64,000 nucleotides of DNA. Origin: an uncultured Planctomycetales bacterium (GTDB taxonomy: Bacteria > Omnitrophota > Gorgyraeia > Zapsychrales > Fredricksoniimonadaceae). The position numbers and the translations under genes are program-made. The stretch lies in assembly GCA_964483785.1 (NCBI GenBank), contig CAZACW010000002.1, forward strand, positions 16,666 to 80,665, read 5' to 3'. The notes under the pieces were generated by a model. That model did no database searches. It was not told the DNA's origin and saw only the letters and a list, made by a program, of their open reading frames with translations. This document shows, one piece after another, positions 39,320 through 48,519 of this stretch; position 1 is the stretch's first letter, and every line of letters begins with the position of its first letter.

Positions 39320-40507
39320 ATGCACAAAAGAACTATCGCGGTTGTCACCGGTTCCAGGGCCGATTACGGCCATCTGTATTGGCTGTTGCGTGCCATTGAG
39401 GAAGATCCGCGTCTCAAACTGAAGATTTTGGTGACTGGACCGCATCTGTCCAGTACCTTTGGCTCGACGTGGAAACAGATCACCCGGGATGGCTTCAAGA
39501 TTGCCGCCAAAATTCCTGTACTAAGCCGGGATAATTCCATGGCCTCCACAGCCGCTGCTGTCGGCCGCGGATGCATCGGCTTCAGCCGTGTCCTTGACAA
39601 GGACCGGCCGGACATGCTGGTGGTCTTGGGCGACCGGTTTGAAATTTTGGCGGCTGTTGTTGCGGCGTATATCCTGAACATCCCCATTGTCCATCTGCAT
39701 GGGGGGGAAGCCACACAGGGCGTCATGGACGAAGGGATCCGTCATGCCATCACCAAGATGTCTTCCCTGCACGGAACCGCGACTAAGACCTACAGGCATA
39801 GGGTCATTCAAATGGGGGAAGATCCACGACGGGTTTTTAACCTGGGGGCCGCAGGCTTAGACCATATCTATCGGATGGATTTGCTCAGCAAGGATGCGTT
39901 GTACCAAGGTTTGGGCCTGGATCTGCGGGAAAAAACCCTGCTTGTCACCTTCCATCCCATGACACGGGAGCGTTCTTCCACTGCCAAGCAGGTCCAACAA
40001 TTGCTTTTGGCCGTGGCCTCCAGCGGCTGCCAGGCCGTGTTCACCAAGGCCAATGCAGACCCTGAGGGCCTGATCATCAACCGTGCCCTGGCCCTCTTTT
40101 GCCGGAGGGACCCATCACGGTATAAATTCATTGATAATATGGGTCAGCTTCTCTATTATAGTGCGCTTAAACATATGGATGCCATGGTGGGCAATTCTTC
40201 CAGCGGCATGGTGGAAGCCCCTTCCTTTCATATGCCGGTGGTCAATATCGGTGACCGTCAGGACGGCAGGATCAAGGCCGCCAATGTGCTCGATGTGGAT
40301 TGCGTGAGTGCACAGATCACAAGGGCCATCCGACTGGCTTTTAGCCCAAGGTTCAGGCGTTCATTAAAATCCCTAAAAAATCCTTATGACCGCTTTCGGG
40401 ACGGCAAAACCAGCCTGCGCCTTAAGGAAATATTGCGCAAGCTCAGCCTGGATGAGAGCTTGATCAAGAAAAAATTTTATGCCATAAAGAATTTCAGCGT
40501 CGATTGA
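39320..40507 (+). CDS. neuC: Hydrolysing NDP-HexNAc 2-epimerase (NeuC/LegG family)
   Basis: TGSRADYG, LGDRFE, HGGE, DE.IRHAITK, GNSSSG. Confidence 0.93.
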   Translation: MHKRTIAVVTGSRADYGHLYWLLRAIEEDPRLKLKILVTGPHLSSTFGSTWKQITRDGFKIAAKIPVLSRDNSMASTAAAVGRGCIGFSRVLDKDRPDMLVVLGDRFEILAAVVAAYILNIPIVHLHGGEATQGVMDEGIRHAITKMSSLHGTATKTYRHRVIQMGEDPRRVFNLGAAGLDHIYRMDLLSKDALYQGLGLDLREKTLLVTFHPMTRERSSTAKQVQQLLLAVASSGCQAVFTKANADPEGLIINRALALFCRRDPSRYKFIDNMGQLLYYSALKHMDAMVGNSSSGMVEAPSFHMPVVNIGDRQDGRIKAANVLDVDCVSAQITRAIRLAFSPRFRRSLKSLKNPYDRFRDGKTSLRLKEILRKLSLDESLIKKKFYAIKNFSVD

Positions 40508-40512
40508 GGAGC

Positions 40513-41388
40513 ATGATGAAAAACATCAGGATCATTCCGCGTCTGGACATCAAGGGGCCCAATTTGGTCAAGGGCATCCATTTGGAAGGCCTGCGTGTCT
40601 TGGGCCGGCCCCAGGACTTTGCCCGGCATTATTATGAGGCCGGCGCGGATGAATTGATTTATATGGACGTGGTGGCCAGCCTTTATAACCGCAACAGCCT
40701 GCATGATATCATCACCAAGACCGCCAAGGAAATTTTCATTCCCTTGACAGTGGGAGGAGGATTGAGAACCATCGAGGATATCCGCCGGGTCTTAAGGGCC
40801 GGTGCGGACAAGGTTTCATTAAACACAGCGGCCATAAGTCATCCGGATTTTATCCGTGAGGCCGCGCGCATGTTCGGCTCCTCCACCATTGTCGTGGCCA
40901 TTGAGGCCATCCGTCAGCCCGATGGCCGGTACCTGGCGTATACAGACAATGCCCGGGAATACACAGGGGTGGAAGTGCTGGCCTGGGCCGGGAAGGTCCA
41001 GGAGCTGGGCGCCGGTGAAATCCTTTTGACCTCGGTGGACCGTGAAGGCACGGGCACAGGATATGACCTGGAGCTGATCAGGTCCGTGGCTGAAGCTGTC
41101 TCCATTCCGGTCATTGCCTCCGGCGGGCCAGGGCAATTGAACGATATCCAGAAGGCCATCCTGCAGGGAAAGGCGGATGCCGTGGCGGTTGCCTCCATGC
41201 TCCATTACGAAACCATCAAGCATCTGCGGGCGGATTTGGATTCCTATCAAGAGGGCAATGTGGAATTTTTAAAAAGCGGCCGGGAATTCACCAAATGCCG
41301 GCCCTGCTCCATTTTGCAGATCAAGCAATATTTAAACCAGCAGGATATTCCCTGCCGGTATCAGCCTAAGGAAGCTGTTCATGTTTGA
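40513..41388 (+). CDS. HisF-like cyclase paralogue (WbuZ/AglZ type, glycan amidation/amidination)
   Basis: [31 protein letters not shown]; located in a glycan locus. Confidence 0.88.
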   Translation: MMKNIRIIPRLDIKGPNLVKGIHLEGLRVLGRPQDFARHYYEAGADELIYMDVVASLYNRNSLHDIITKTAKEIFIPLTVGGGLRTIEDIRRVLRAGADKVSLNTAAISHPDFIREAARMFGSSTIVVAIEAIRQPDGRYLAYTDNAREYTGVEVLAWAGKVQELGAGEILLTSVDREGTGTGYDLELIRSVAEAVSIPVIASGGPGQLNDIQKAILQGKADAVAVASMLHYETIKHLRADLDSYQEGNVEFLKSGREFTKCRPCSILQIKQYLNQQDIPCRYQPKEAVHV

Positions 41389-42064
41389 AGCGGACAAGCA
41401 TAAGGTCGCCATCGTTGATTACGGGCTGGGCAATTTGTTCAGCGTCCAGTATGCCTGCCGTGCGGTCGGTCTGGAGTGCATCATCACCCATGACAGGGAA
41501 CTGATCCAAAGGTCCGCAGGCATCATCCTTCCGGGGGTCGGGGCCTTTGGAGATGCCATGGCCAATTTGAAGAAACTGGATTTGGTCGGCGTGCTCAAGG
41601 ATTGCGTGCACATGCACAAGCCCTTTTTCGGCATCTGTTTGGGCATGCAGTTATTGCTTTCCCAAAGTGAGGAATTCGGGATTCATCCGGGGCTGGACAT
41701 CATCCGCGGCAAGGTGATCAGGTTTGACCAGGGTCGAGACCAGCGGGCTGTCAAGATCCCTCAAGTGGGGTGGAACCGCATCCGCATCAATCCCGGCCAT
41801 CCCGGGGCCAAGGAAGGACTGCTCAAGGGAATACACGATGAGGAGTTTATGTATTTTGTCCATTCTTATTATGCCGTCCCGGAAGATGAAAATTTGGTCC
41901 TGACTAAGACCTCGTACGAAGGCATTGCGTATTGTTCCTCCTTCCTGAAAGATTCGGTCTTGGCCGTGCAATTTCATCCGGAAAAGAGCGGGTCCGAGGG
42001 GTTAAAATTTTATCAAAATTGGGCCCATCTGGTCCATGCCGGCAAGGAGCTGGTCAACCCATGA
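41381..42064 (+). CDS. HisH-like glutaminase paralogue (WbuY type)
   Basis: DYGLGN, PGVGAF, GICLGMQ, YFVHSY, QFHPEKS. Confidence 0.9.
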   Translation: MFEADKHKVAIVDYGLGNLFSVQYACRAVGLECIITHDRELIQRSAGIILPGVGAFGDAMANLKKLDLVGVLKDCVHMHKPFFGICLGMQLLLSQSEEFGIHPGLDIIRGKVIRFDQGRDQRAVKIPQVGWNRIRINPGHPGAKEGLLKGIHDEEFMYFVHSYYAVPEDENLVLTKTSYEGIAYCSSFLKDSVLAVQFHPEKSGSEGLKFYQNWAHLVHAGKELVNP

Positions 42065-43269
42065 CAACAGCATTGGAAGTCAAATACGGCCTGCCGGCGA
42101 CGGTGGTTTTTTGCAAGCACTGCGTGATGTCCAACCAGCGGCCGACCTCGGCGGTGGAATTCAAGCACACGATCAACAGCCGCAAGAACACCCTGCATAT
42201 CCATGAAGACGGGATATGTGATGCCTGCTCTTATGCAAAAGAGAAGCTTAAGATCGACTGGAAAAAGCGCGAGGAAGAGCTGCTGCGGCTGCTGGACAAA
42301 TACCGCCGCAAGGATGGGCATTATGACTGCCTTGTGCCCGGCAGCGGCGGCAAGGACAGCGCCTATCAGGCCCATGTGCTCAAATACAAGTACGGGATGC
42401 ATCCTTTGACCGTCACCTGGTCGCCCCTGATGTATACGGATTACGGCTATAAGAATTTCAGGAATTGGCTGGATATCGGCGGTTTTGACAATATCAGCTT
42501 TTACCGCAACGGCAAGGTGATGAAATTATTGACAAGGCTTGGCATCGAAAATCTTTTGCATCCTTTTCAGACCTTTATTTTGGGGCAGAAAAACCTGGGC
42601 CCCAAACTGGCTGCCCAATTCGGCATCCCGCTGGTGTTTTACGGGGAGTGCGAGGCTGAATACGGCAATCCCATTGCGGACAACACCCGCTCCTTGAGGG
42701 ACAAATCCTACCATACCTTCAAAAACATCGATGACGTTTACCTGGGAGGCATTTCCGTCAGGGAGTTGAAGGAGCGCCACCACATCGACATGGAAGAGCT
42801 GATGTGCTTTCTGCCGGCGGACGCGGCCCAGCTGGAAAAAGCGGCCGTGGAGGTCCATTATTTGGGCTATTACCTGAAATGGACGCCGGAGGAGGTCTAT
42901 TATTATGCCGTGGAAAATACCGGATTCCAGGCGCGGCCTTTCCGGTCCCAGGGCACCTACAGCAAATACAACAGCATTGATGACAAAATCGATGATCTGC
43001 ACTACTATACCTTATACATCAAATTTGGGCTTGGCCGGGCCACCTATGACGCTTCCCAGGAAATCCGCAACAACCACATCACCCGTGAAGAAGGGGTGGC
43101 CCTGGTCAAGAAATTCGACGGTGAATTTCCGGACAGATATTTCCGCGAGGTCATGGAGTATATCGGCATGAAGCCGGAAAAGTTCATGGAGCTCTGCGAC
43201 CAGTTCCGCTCGCCGCATCTCTGGGAGCAGGTTGACGGTCAATGGAAATTACGTTACACTGTTTGGTAA
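42061..43269 (+). CDS. N-acetyl sugar amidotransferase (WbuX/PseA/WbpG family)
   Basis: CKHC...CDAC, SGGKDS PP-loop, KFGLGRA, ITREEG. Confidence 0.9.
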   Translation: MTTALEVKYGLPATVVFCKHCVMSNQRPTSAVEFKHTINSRKNTLHIHEDGICDACSYAKEKLKIDWKKREEELLRLLDKYRRKDGHYDCLVPGSGGKDSAYQAHVLKYKYGMHPLTVTWSPLMYTDYGYKNFRNWLDIGGFDNISFYRNGKVMKLLTRLGIENLLHPFQTFILGQKNLGPKLAAQFGIPLVFYGECEAEYGNPIADNTRSLRDKSYHTFKNIDDVYLGGISVRELKERHHIDMEELMCFLPADAAQLEKAAVEVHYLGYYLKWTPEEVYYYAVENTGFQARPFRSQGTYSKYNSIDDKIDDLHYYTLYIKFGLGRATYDASQEIRNNHITREEGVALVKKFDGEFPDRYFREVMEYIGMKPEKFMELCDQFRSPHLWEQVDGQWKLRYTVW

Positions 43270-43284
43270 GATGAGGAGGGGACC

Positions 43285-43458
43285 ATGGAAGAACAATTGC
43301 TTAAAGGTAATTTCAAGGTCAAACATCCCGTGAAGCAGAAGCCCAAGAAGGACGCTCCGACCTTTTTGGAAGAATACAAGAAAAAGGCCATGGGCTCGAT
43401 CGGAGGCAGCATGGTCTACATGGAGCGCGGCCAGATGACCTGGGACGGAGACCAATAG
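43285..43458 (+). CDS. 57-aa small protein/peptide of unknown function
   Basis: Strong RBS GAGGAGG; MEEQLLKGNFKVKHPVKQKPKKDAPTFLEEYKKKAMGSIGGSMVYMERGQMTWDGDQ*; fills the gap between neighbours; GC-ending codons like the locus. Confidence 0.72.
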   Translation: MEEQLLKGNFKVKHPVKQKPKKDAPTFLEEYKKKAMGSIGGSMVYMERGQMTWDGDQ

Positions 43459-43461
43459 CCC

Positions 43462-44484
43462 ATGAAAGCCCAGGCCGTTGGCCCTTTTGAGCGCGTTGTT
43501 GAAGAAATAGCCCAGGTGGGGTTCAAGCACCACCGCCAGACGCTGCTGGAGCATGCCCTTATCAACGCGCCGCAGGCTAAGCAATCCATCAAGGACCTGC
43601 CTGACTTAAAAGGCCCGAAGGCCCGATCAGCTATCGTCATCAGCGCCGGACCCAGCGTCCACCGTCAACACTCTTTAAAGCGCATCAAGGACTTAAACTA
43701 TCCGGGCACGCTGATCTGTGTCGACGGAGCTTTTATCGCGGCCTTGAAAGCCGGCCTCATCCCGGATTTTGTCATGGCCTTGGACCCCCATCGCCGCAGG
43801 CCGGTGCGCTGGTTCGGGGACCATGATTTTGAGAAAAATACGGCGGATGATGATTATTTTGCCCGCCAGGATTTGGACGTCGAATTTCGCAAAAATACCA
43901 TCGCCCAGAACAAGCTCCACATTGAGCTGGTGAATACTTACGGCCCGAAAACCAAGGCCATTGTGGCTTCCTGCGCAGCGGCCAACGTCGTCGGGCGCAT
44001 CCAAGAAAGCGGCATGGACGCCTACTGGTGGAACCCCTTGGTGGATGATCCGCACACCCCGGGAAGCATCACCCGCGCCATGTATGATATCAACCGCCTG
44101 CCCTGCCTGAATACCGGAGGCAATGTCGGCACCGCGGCCTGGGTCTTTGCGGATTCTTTCTTAAAAATCCCTGAGATCGCCCTGGTCGGCATGGATTTCG
44201 GCTATTACGGGGACCTGCCCTTCGAGAAGACCCAGACCTTTTATGAGCTGCACCAGTATCTGCAGAACGCGGAATCCGTGGAGTCCTTGTTCGTGGAATA
44301 TGACTTTCCGTTGACCGGCGAAACATTTTATACGGACCCGACGTATTATTGGTACCGGAAAAATTTTCTGGAACTTTTTTTGCTGGCGCGCGGCCGCACG
44401 TATAATTGCACCGAAGGCGGCACCCTCTTTCATGAGAAGATGCCCTGCCTTTCCCTTGACGATTTTATCCAACGCCACCTTTAA
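43462..44484 (+). CDS. DUF115/Maf (MptE-like) domain protein
   Basis: VISAGPS, CVDGA, GLIPDFV.ALDP, GGNVG, IALVGMDF, YNCTEGG. Confidence 0.85.
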   Translation: MKAQAVGPFERVVEEIAQVGFKHHRQTLLEHALINAPQAKQSIKDLPDLKGPKARSAIVISAGPSVHRQHSLKRIKDLNYPGTLICVDGAFIAALKAGLIPDFVMALDPHRRRPVRWFGDHDFEKNTADDDYFARQDLDVEFRKNTIAQNKLHIELVNTYGPKTKAIVASCAAANVVGRIQESGMDAYWWNPLVDDPHTPGSITRAMYDINRLPCLNTGGNVGTAAWVFADSFLKIPEIALVGMDFGYYGDLPFEKTQTFYELHQYLQNAESVESLFVEYDFPLTGETFYTDPTYYWYRKNFLELFLLARGRTYNCTEGGTLFHEKMPCLSLDDFIQRHL

Positions 44485-44496
44485 CCCAGGGGACCC

Positions 44497-46080
44497 ATGG
44501 CCAAAATCCTGATGATCAATCCAGTGGTGAGGGAAGAAGACGATCCCAAGCATATCCCCTACGGCATTGCCCTGCTGGCGGCCATTGCCGTCGAAAAAGG
44601 GCATCTCGTCCAGATTTACGACGAGAACGCCTGGCGCAAAGGCCTGGAGGTGGTGGAGCAGGTCTGCCGGGCCGATGATTGGGACGTGATCGCCATCGGC
44701 GGATTGACGACAACCTACGGTTCCATCAAGAAAATCCTTCAAATATGCCGCAAGGTCTGTCCCCAGGCCTTCATCGTGGCCGGCGGCGGATTCTTGACCA
44801 GCATGCCCAAGGAAATGCTCTCCTGGCTGCCGGAAATCGATATCGGCATCATGGGAGAGGCTTTTGCCACATGGCCTGATATCCTTGAAAAGATAGACCG
44901 CAAGGACCTTGATTTCTCCAAGACCTTAGGGGTCTGTTTCCGCGCTCAAGACGGCAAGGTCACCATCACCAACGTGCGGTCCAATATCCATGACCTGGAT
45001 GTCCTGCCGTATCCGGCCTGGGACCTGCTGCCCTTGGAGATATACTTTAAAAATTCCAGCACCACCTACTCCGAAGCCGGCTTTCTGGCCAAGCGGCGCA
45101 TCGATGTGATGGGCTCCTTAGGCTGCAGCCTGATCTGCAAATTCTGCTGGCATTTGGGTACCACCGGCGACATGGTGGTGGAAAAAGACGAGAAGGGCGA
45201 GAATGATGTCCGTTTCACCTACGGCCGCAATATCCGCTATCACAGCCCGCGCTACATTGTCAACATGGTCAAGACCCTCAGGGACAAATACCAGGTGGAT
45301 TTTGTCAGTTTTATCGATGAAAATTTGATGACTATGGACGTGGCCAGCGGCCGCACCTGGCTTAAAGAACTGTGCGCCTTGTGGATCGAGGAAGGGCTGC
45401 AGCCGACGTCCCGGCGCGACGGTGTCCCGGACAATGAGAACAAGGGGGGCGTGTTCTGGGCCGGGACCAGCCATGCCAGCCTTTCCAACAAGGAAATCCT
45501 GCAGATCATGTACAAGGCCGGCTGTTCCCATCTGGTCTACGGCATTGAGTCCTTTGATCCGGTGATCCTCAAAAATTTGGGCAAGGGCGTCAACCAAAAC
45601 CATAATTTGAACGCCCCGCGGATCTGCATGGAAACCGGCATCATCCCCATCCCCAACATCATCATTGGCTTCCCCCTGGAAACATTCCAAAGCGTGCGCA
45701 CCACCATCGAATGCCTGATCAAACTGGGCATTCACTGCAAGCCGCATTTTGCCACACCCTACCCAGGCTCCGAGTGGTATTATGCCTACAAGGAGTCGAT
45801 CCTGGAGCAATACAACGGCGATCTGGAGAAGTTCATCATGGACTTGGGCGATGCCTCCAAAATTTCAGCTGTGATTTCCCATCAATTCTCGCCCATGCAG
45901 CTTTTGGGCCTGCAGCAGATTGTGATGCAGCGGGACCTGAGGCTGTTGGCATTGGCGGAAAAGCATTGGGGCAAGGCTGATGAGCTGGTGCGGCCCCTGG
46001 CCGTGCCCCGGGAGTCCTTCAACATTGTCAAGGCCAAGGTCAAGGCGCCGATGGAAGAAGAGACCAAGGCTTCCTTATAA
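44497..46080 (+). CDS. Cobalamin-binding radical SAM protein (class B methylase-like)
   Basis: PYGIALLAA, GGG, GE; GCSLICKFC; GIES; IGFP.ET; TPYPGS. Confidence 0.88.
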   Translation: MAKILMINPVVREEDDPKHIPYGIALLAAIAVEKGHLVQIYDENAWRKGLEVVEQVCRADDWDVIAIGGLTTTYGSIKKILQICRKVCPQAFIVAGGGFLTSMPKEMLSWLPEIDIGIMGEAFATWPDILEKIDRKDLDFSKTLGVCFRAQDGKVTITNVRSNIHDLDVLPYPAWDLLPLEIYFKNSSTTYSEAGFLAKRRIDVMGSLGCSLICKFCWHLGTTGDMVVEKDEKGENDVRFTYGRNIRYHSPRYIVNMVKTLRDKYQVDFVSFIDENLMTMDVASGRTWLKELCALWIEEGLQPTSRRDGVPDNENKGGVFWAGTSHASLSNKEILQIMYKAGCSHLVYGIESFDPVILKNLGKGVNQNHNLNAPRICMETGIIPIPNIIIGFPLETFQSVRTTIECLIKLGIHCKPHFATPYPGSEWYYAYKESILEQYNGDLEKFIMDLGDASKISAVISHQFSPMQLLGLQQIVMQRDLRLLALAEKHWGKADELVRPLAVPRESFNIVKAKVKAPMEEETKASL

Positions 46081-46089
46081 TTGTCGACC

Positions 46090-47025
46090 ATGAACATCGT
46101 GATCTTTGGTTTGGGTTCAATCGGCCGGCGCCATGCCGGGATTTTGCGCAAGCATTTTTCCCATGATCTGGCTGCCTTTCGCAGCCGCAGGTCAGGAGCC
46201 CGGCGCCCTGTGGCGGGGATCAGAGAAATCTATACATGGCAGGAGCTGGAAGCTTTCAGGCCTGATGCGGCCTTTATCACCAACCCGACGTATTTGCACA
46301 TTCCAACCGCCCTGCGCTGCGCCGGCTTAGGCATGCACCTGTTCATTGAAAAACCTCTTTCCCACTCTCTGGAGGGGATCGCCCGGCTGGGCCGAATTTG
46401 CCGTCGCAAGAAACTGAGCTGTTATGTGGCCTACGGCCTGCGTTTTCATTCGGTGGTCCAGCGCCTGCGCCAAAAAATTAAGGGCAAAAAAATTGCGCAT
46501 GTGCGCATCGTCTGCTCATCCTATCTGCCGGACTGGCGTCAGGGGCCGCAGGCCAGGCAGGCCTACTCAGGCAAGGCCAAGGAGGGAGGGGGCGTGCTCT
46601 TGGATCTGTCCCATGAATTCGATTATATCCGGTATTTATTCGGTGATTTTAAGATCAGGTCCGGCGTCTTTGCCAGGGCCGGCAAGGTTTCTGTGGATGC
46701 TGAGGACTTTGCGGATGTGTTAATGACTGCGTCCCGCGCGCCGCACATCAATATGCATATCAATTATCTAAGCCGCAGTCAGGAACGGCGCATCGTGATT
46801 GACCATGATAAAGGCACCATCACCGCAGACTTGCTGCGCCAAACGCTGGAGATCAGGGAAGGCCGCAGGCTGAAGATTGAGCGGCTCAAAGGAAGCAGGG
46901 ATGATTATTTGAAAAAACAGACGAGGTATTTTTTCGGCCATATCGGCCGGCCTGGCCTTATGAATGATTGGCAGGAAGCCGGGGATACCTTGGCCAAGAT
47001 TTTAGAGTTCAAGCGCCATGCGTGA
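46090..47025 (+). CDS. Gfo/Idh/MocA oxidoreductase (PtmF-like)
   Basis: GLGSIG, EKP, YLPDWR, GGVLLDLSHE. Confidence 0.88.
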   Translation: MNIVIFGLGSIGRRHAGILRKHFSHDLAAFRSRRSGARRPVAGIREIYTWQELEAFRPDAAFITNPTYLHIPTALRCAGLGMHLFIEKPLSHSLEGIARLGRICRRKKLSCYVAYGLRFHSVVQRLRQKIKGKKIAHVRIVCSSYLPDWRQGPQARQAYSGKAKEGGGVLLDLSHEFDYIRYLFGDFKIRSGVFARAGKVSVDAEDFADVLMTASRAPHINMHINYLSRSQERRIVIDHDKGTITADLLRQTLEIREGRRLKIERLKGSRDDYLKKQTRYFFGHIGRPGLMNDWQEAGDTLAKILEFKRHA

Positions 47026-47734
47026 AAAAATCCTTTTGACCATATGTGCCAGGAAGGGCTCAAAAGGGGTCAAGAACAAAAACATCAGGGACCTTTGCGG
47101 CCGGCCTTTGATCGCCCATTCCATCCGTCAGGCCTTGTCCTGGGGCAAGGCGGACAAGGTCATTTGCACGACGGATTCCGAGGCCATTGCCGCCATAGCC
47201 CGCCAATGCGGGGCCGAGGTGCCTTTTATGAGGCCGGCGCATTTGGCCACGGACTCCATCGGCAAGCTCCCTGTCCTGCAGCATGCCCTGCGCGAGACCG
47301 AGCGCCTGACCGGCGAACGGTTTGATGTTTTGCTGGACTTAGACAGCACTGCTCCGGTGAGGACCGTCCAGGACATAGACAAGGCCCTGAAGATTTTCAA
47401 GCAAAGCAAGGCCAAGTCCGTCTTCAGTGTGACCCCATGCCGCAAAAATCCCTATTTCAACATGGTGGAGACCGATGCAAGAGGGTATTATCGTCTGGTC
47501 AAGAAATTGAAAAATCCTTTTATGAGCCGGCAAGCCGCGCCCAGGGTCTATGACCTGAACGCCTCCATTTATGTGTACAGCCGCCAATACCTTTTGGATC
47601 CCAAAACCAAGACACCGGTGTCCGACAGGTCCAAGGTGCTGGTGATGGAGGAATGGTCGGCCTTTGACATTGACCATGAGTCTGATTTTCAATTTATTGA
47701 ATTTTTGGTCAACAAAGGATTGGTCAAACTATGA
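47018..47734 (+). CDS. Acylneuraminate cytidylyltransferase (NeuA/LegF/PtmB family)
   Basis: CARKGSKGVKNKN, RPAHLATD, NPYFNMVE, DID. Confidence 0.92.
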   Translation: MREKILLTICARKGSKGVKNKNIRDLCGRPLIAHSIRQALSWGKADKVICTTDSEAIAAIARQCGAEVPFMRPAHLATDSIGKLPVLQHALRETERLTGERFDVLLDLDSTAPVRTVQDIDKALKIFKQSKAKSVFSVTPCRKNPYFNMVETDARGYYRLVKKLKNPFMSRQAAPRVYDLNASIYVYSRQYLLDPKTKTPVSDRSKVLVMEEWSAFDIDHESDFQFIEFLVNKGLVKL

Positions 47735-48519
47735 TCGATTACCGCCGCATGTTTTCGCTCGCCGGCAAGGCCGTGGTGGTGACCGGAGGCTGCGGCTTGC
47801 TGGGCCGTGAAATCGTGACTGCCTTGGCCCAGGCCGGGGCCAGGGTCGTGATCGCGGACATTAATGCCAAGCAGGGACGGCAGCTGGCCAAGATATTGGG
47901 GCAGGAAGGCCTGAAGGTCTTTTACTGTCCTTTGGACATCACGGCTATCAAAGATCTCAAGGCCAACATGCAAACGCTCTTCCGCCGGCAGGGCCCCATT
48001 CACGGCTGGATCAATTGCGCCTATCCCAGGACCAAGGATTGGGGGGCCAAGGCCGAGCATATCCGCTCAAGGTCCTGGCAAAAAAACATCGACATGCATT
48101 TGAATGCGTATGCCTTAAGTTCCCTCTATGCCGCCCAGGCCCTCAAGAAAACCAAAGGATGCATCATCAATTTAGGGTCCATTTACGGGTCAGTGGGTCC
48201 GGATTTCAGCATCTATGAAGATACCAAGATGACCATGCCTGCCGCCTATGCAGCGATCAAGGGCGGCATCGACAGCATGGGCCGGTACCTGGCTTCGTAT
48301 GTCGGGCCCTTTGGCGTCAGGGTGGCCACGGTCTGCCCCGGCGGAATTTATGACGGTCAAGATCCCTCCTTCGTCAAGAAATACGCGGCCAAAACCTGCC
48401 TCAAGCGCATGGCCAAGGCCCAGGAAGTGGCCTCGGTCGTGGCCTTTCTCGTCTCAGACGCTGCTTCTTATATTACAGGGGCCACCATTATGGTGGATGG
48501 GGGTTGGACAGCTGTTTAG
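47731..48519 (+). CDS. SDR oxidoreductase (PtmA-like)
   Basis: TGGCGLLG, NCAYPR..DWG, YAAIKGG, PGG. Confidence 0.88.
   Translation: MIDYRRMFSLAGKAVVVTGGCGLLGREIVTALAQAGARVVIADINAKQGRQLAKILGQEGLKVFYCPLDITAIKDLKANMQTLFRRQGPIHGWINCAYPRTKDWGAKAEHIRSRSWQKNIDMHLNAYALSSLYAAQALKKTKGCIINLGSIYGSVGPDFSIYEDTKMTMPAAYAAIKGGIDSMGRYLASYVGPFGVRVATVCPGGIYDGQDPSFVKKYAAKTCLKRMAKAQEVASVVAFLVSDAASYITGATIMVDGGWTAV

Noticed and set aside
40513-42064. Histidine biosynthesis operon (hisF, hisH, plus the hisC-like gene at 57247)
   Set aside because: No other his genes; adjacency to a WbuX-type amidotransferase indicates glycan-modifying paralogues.
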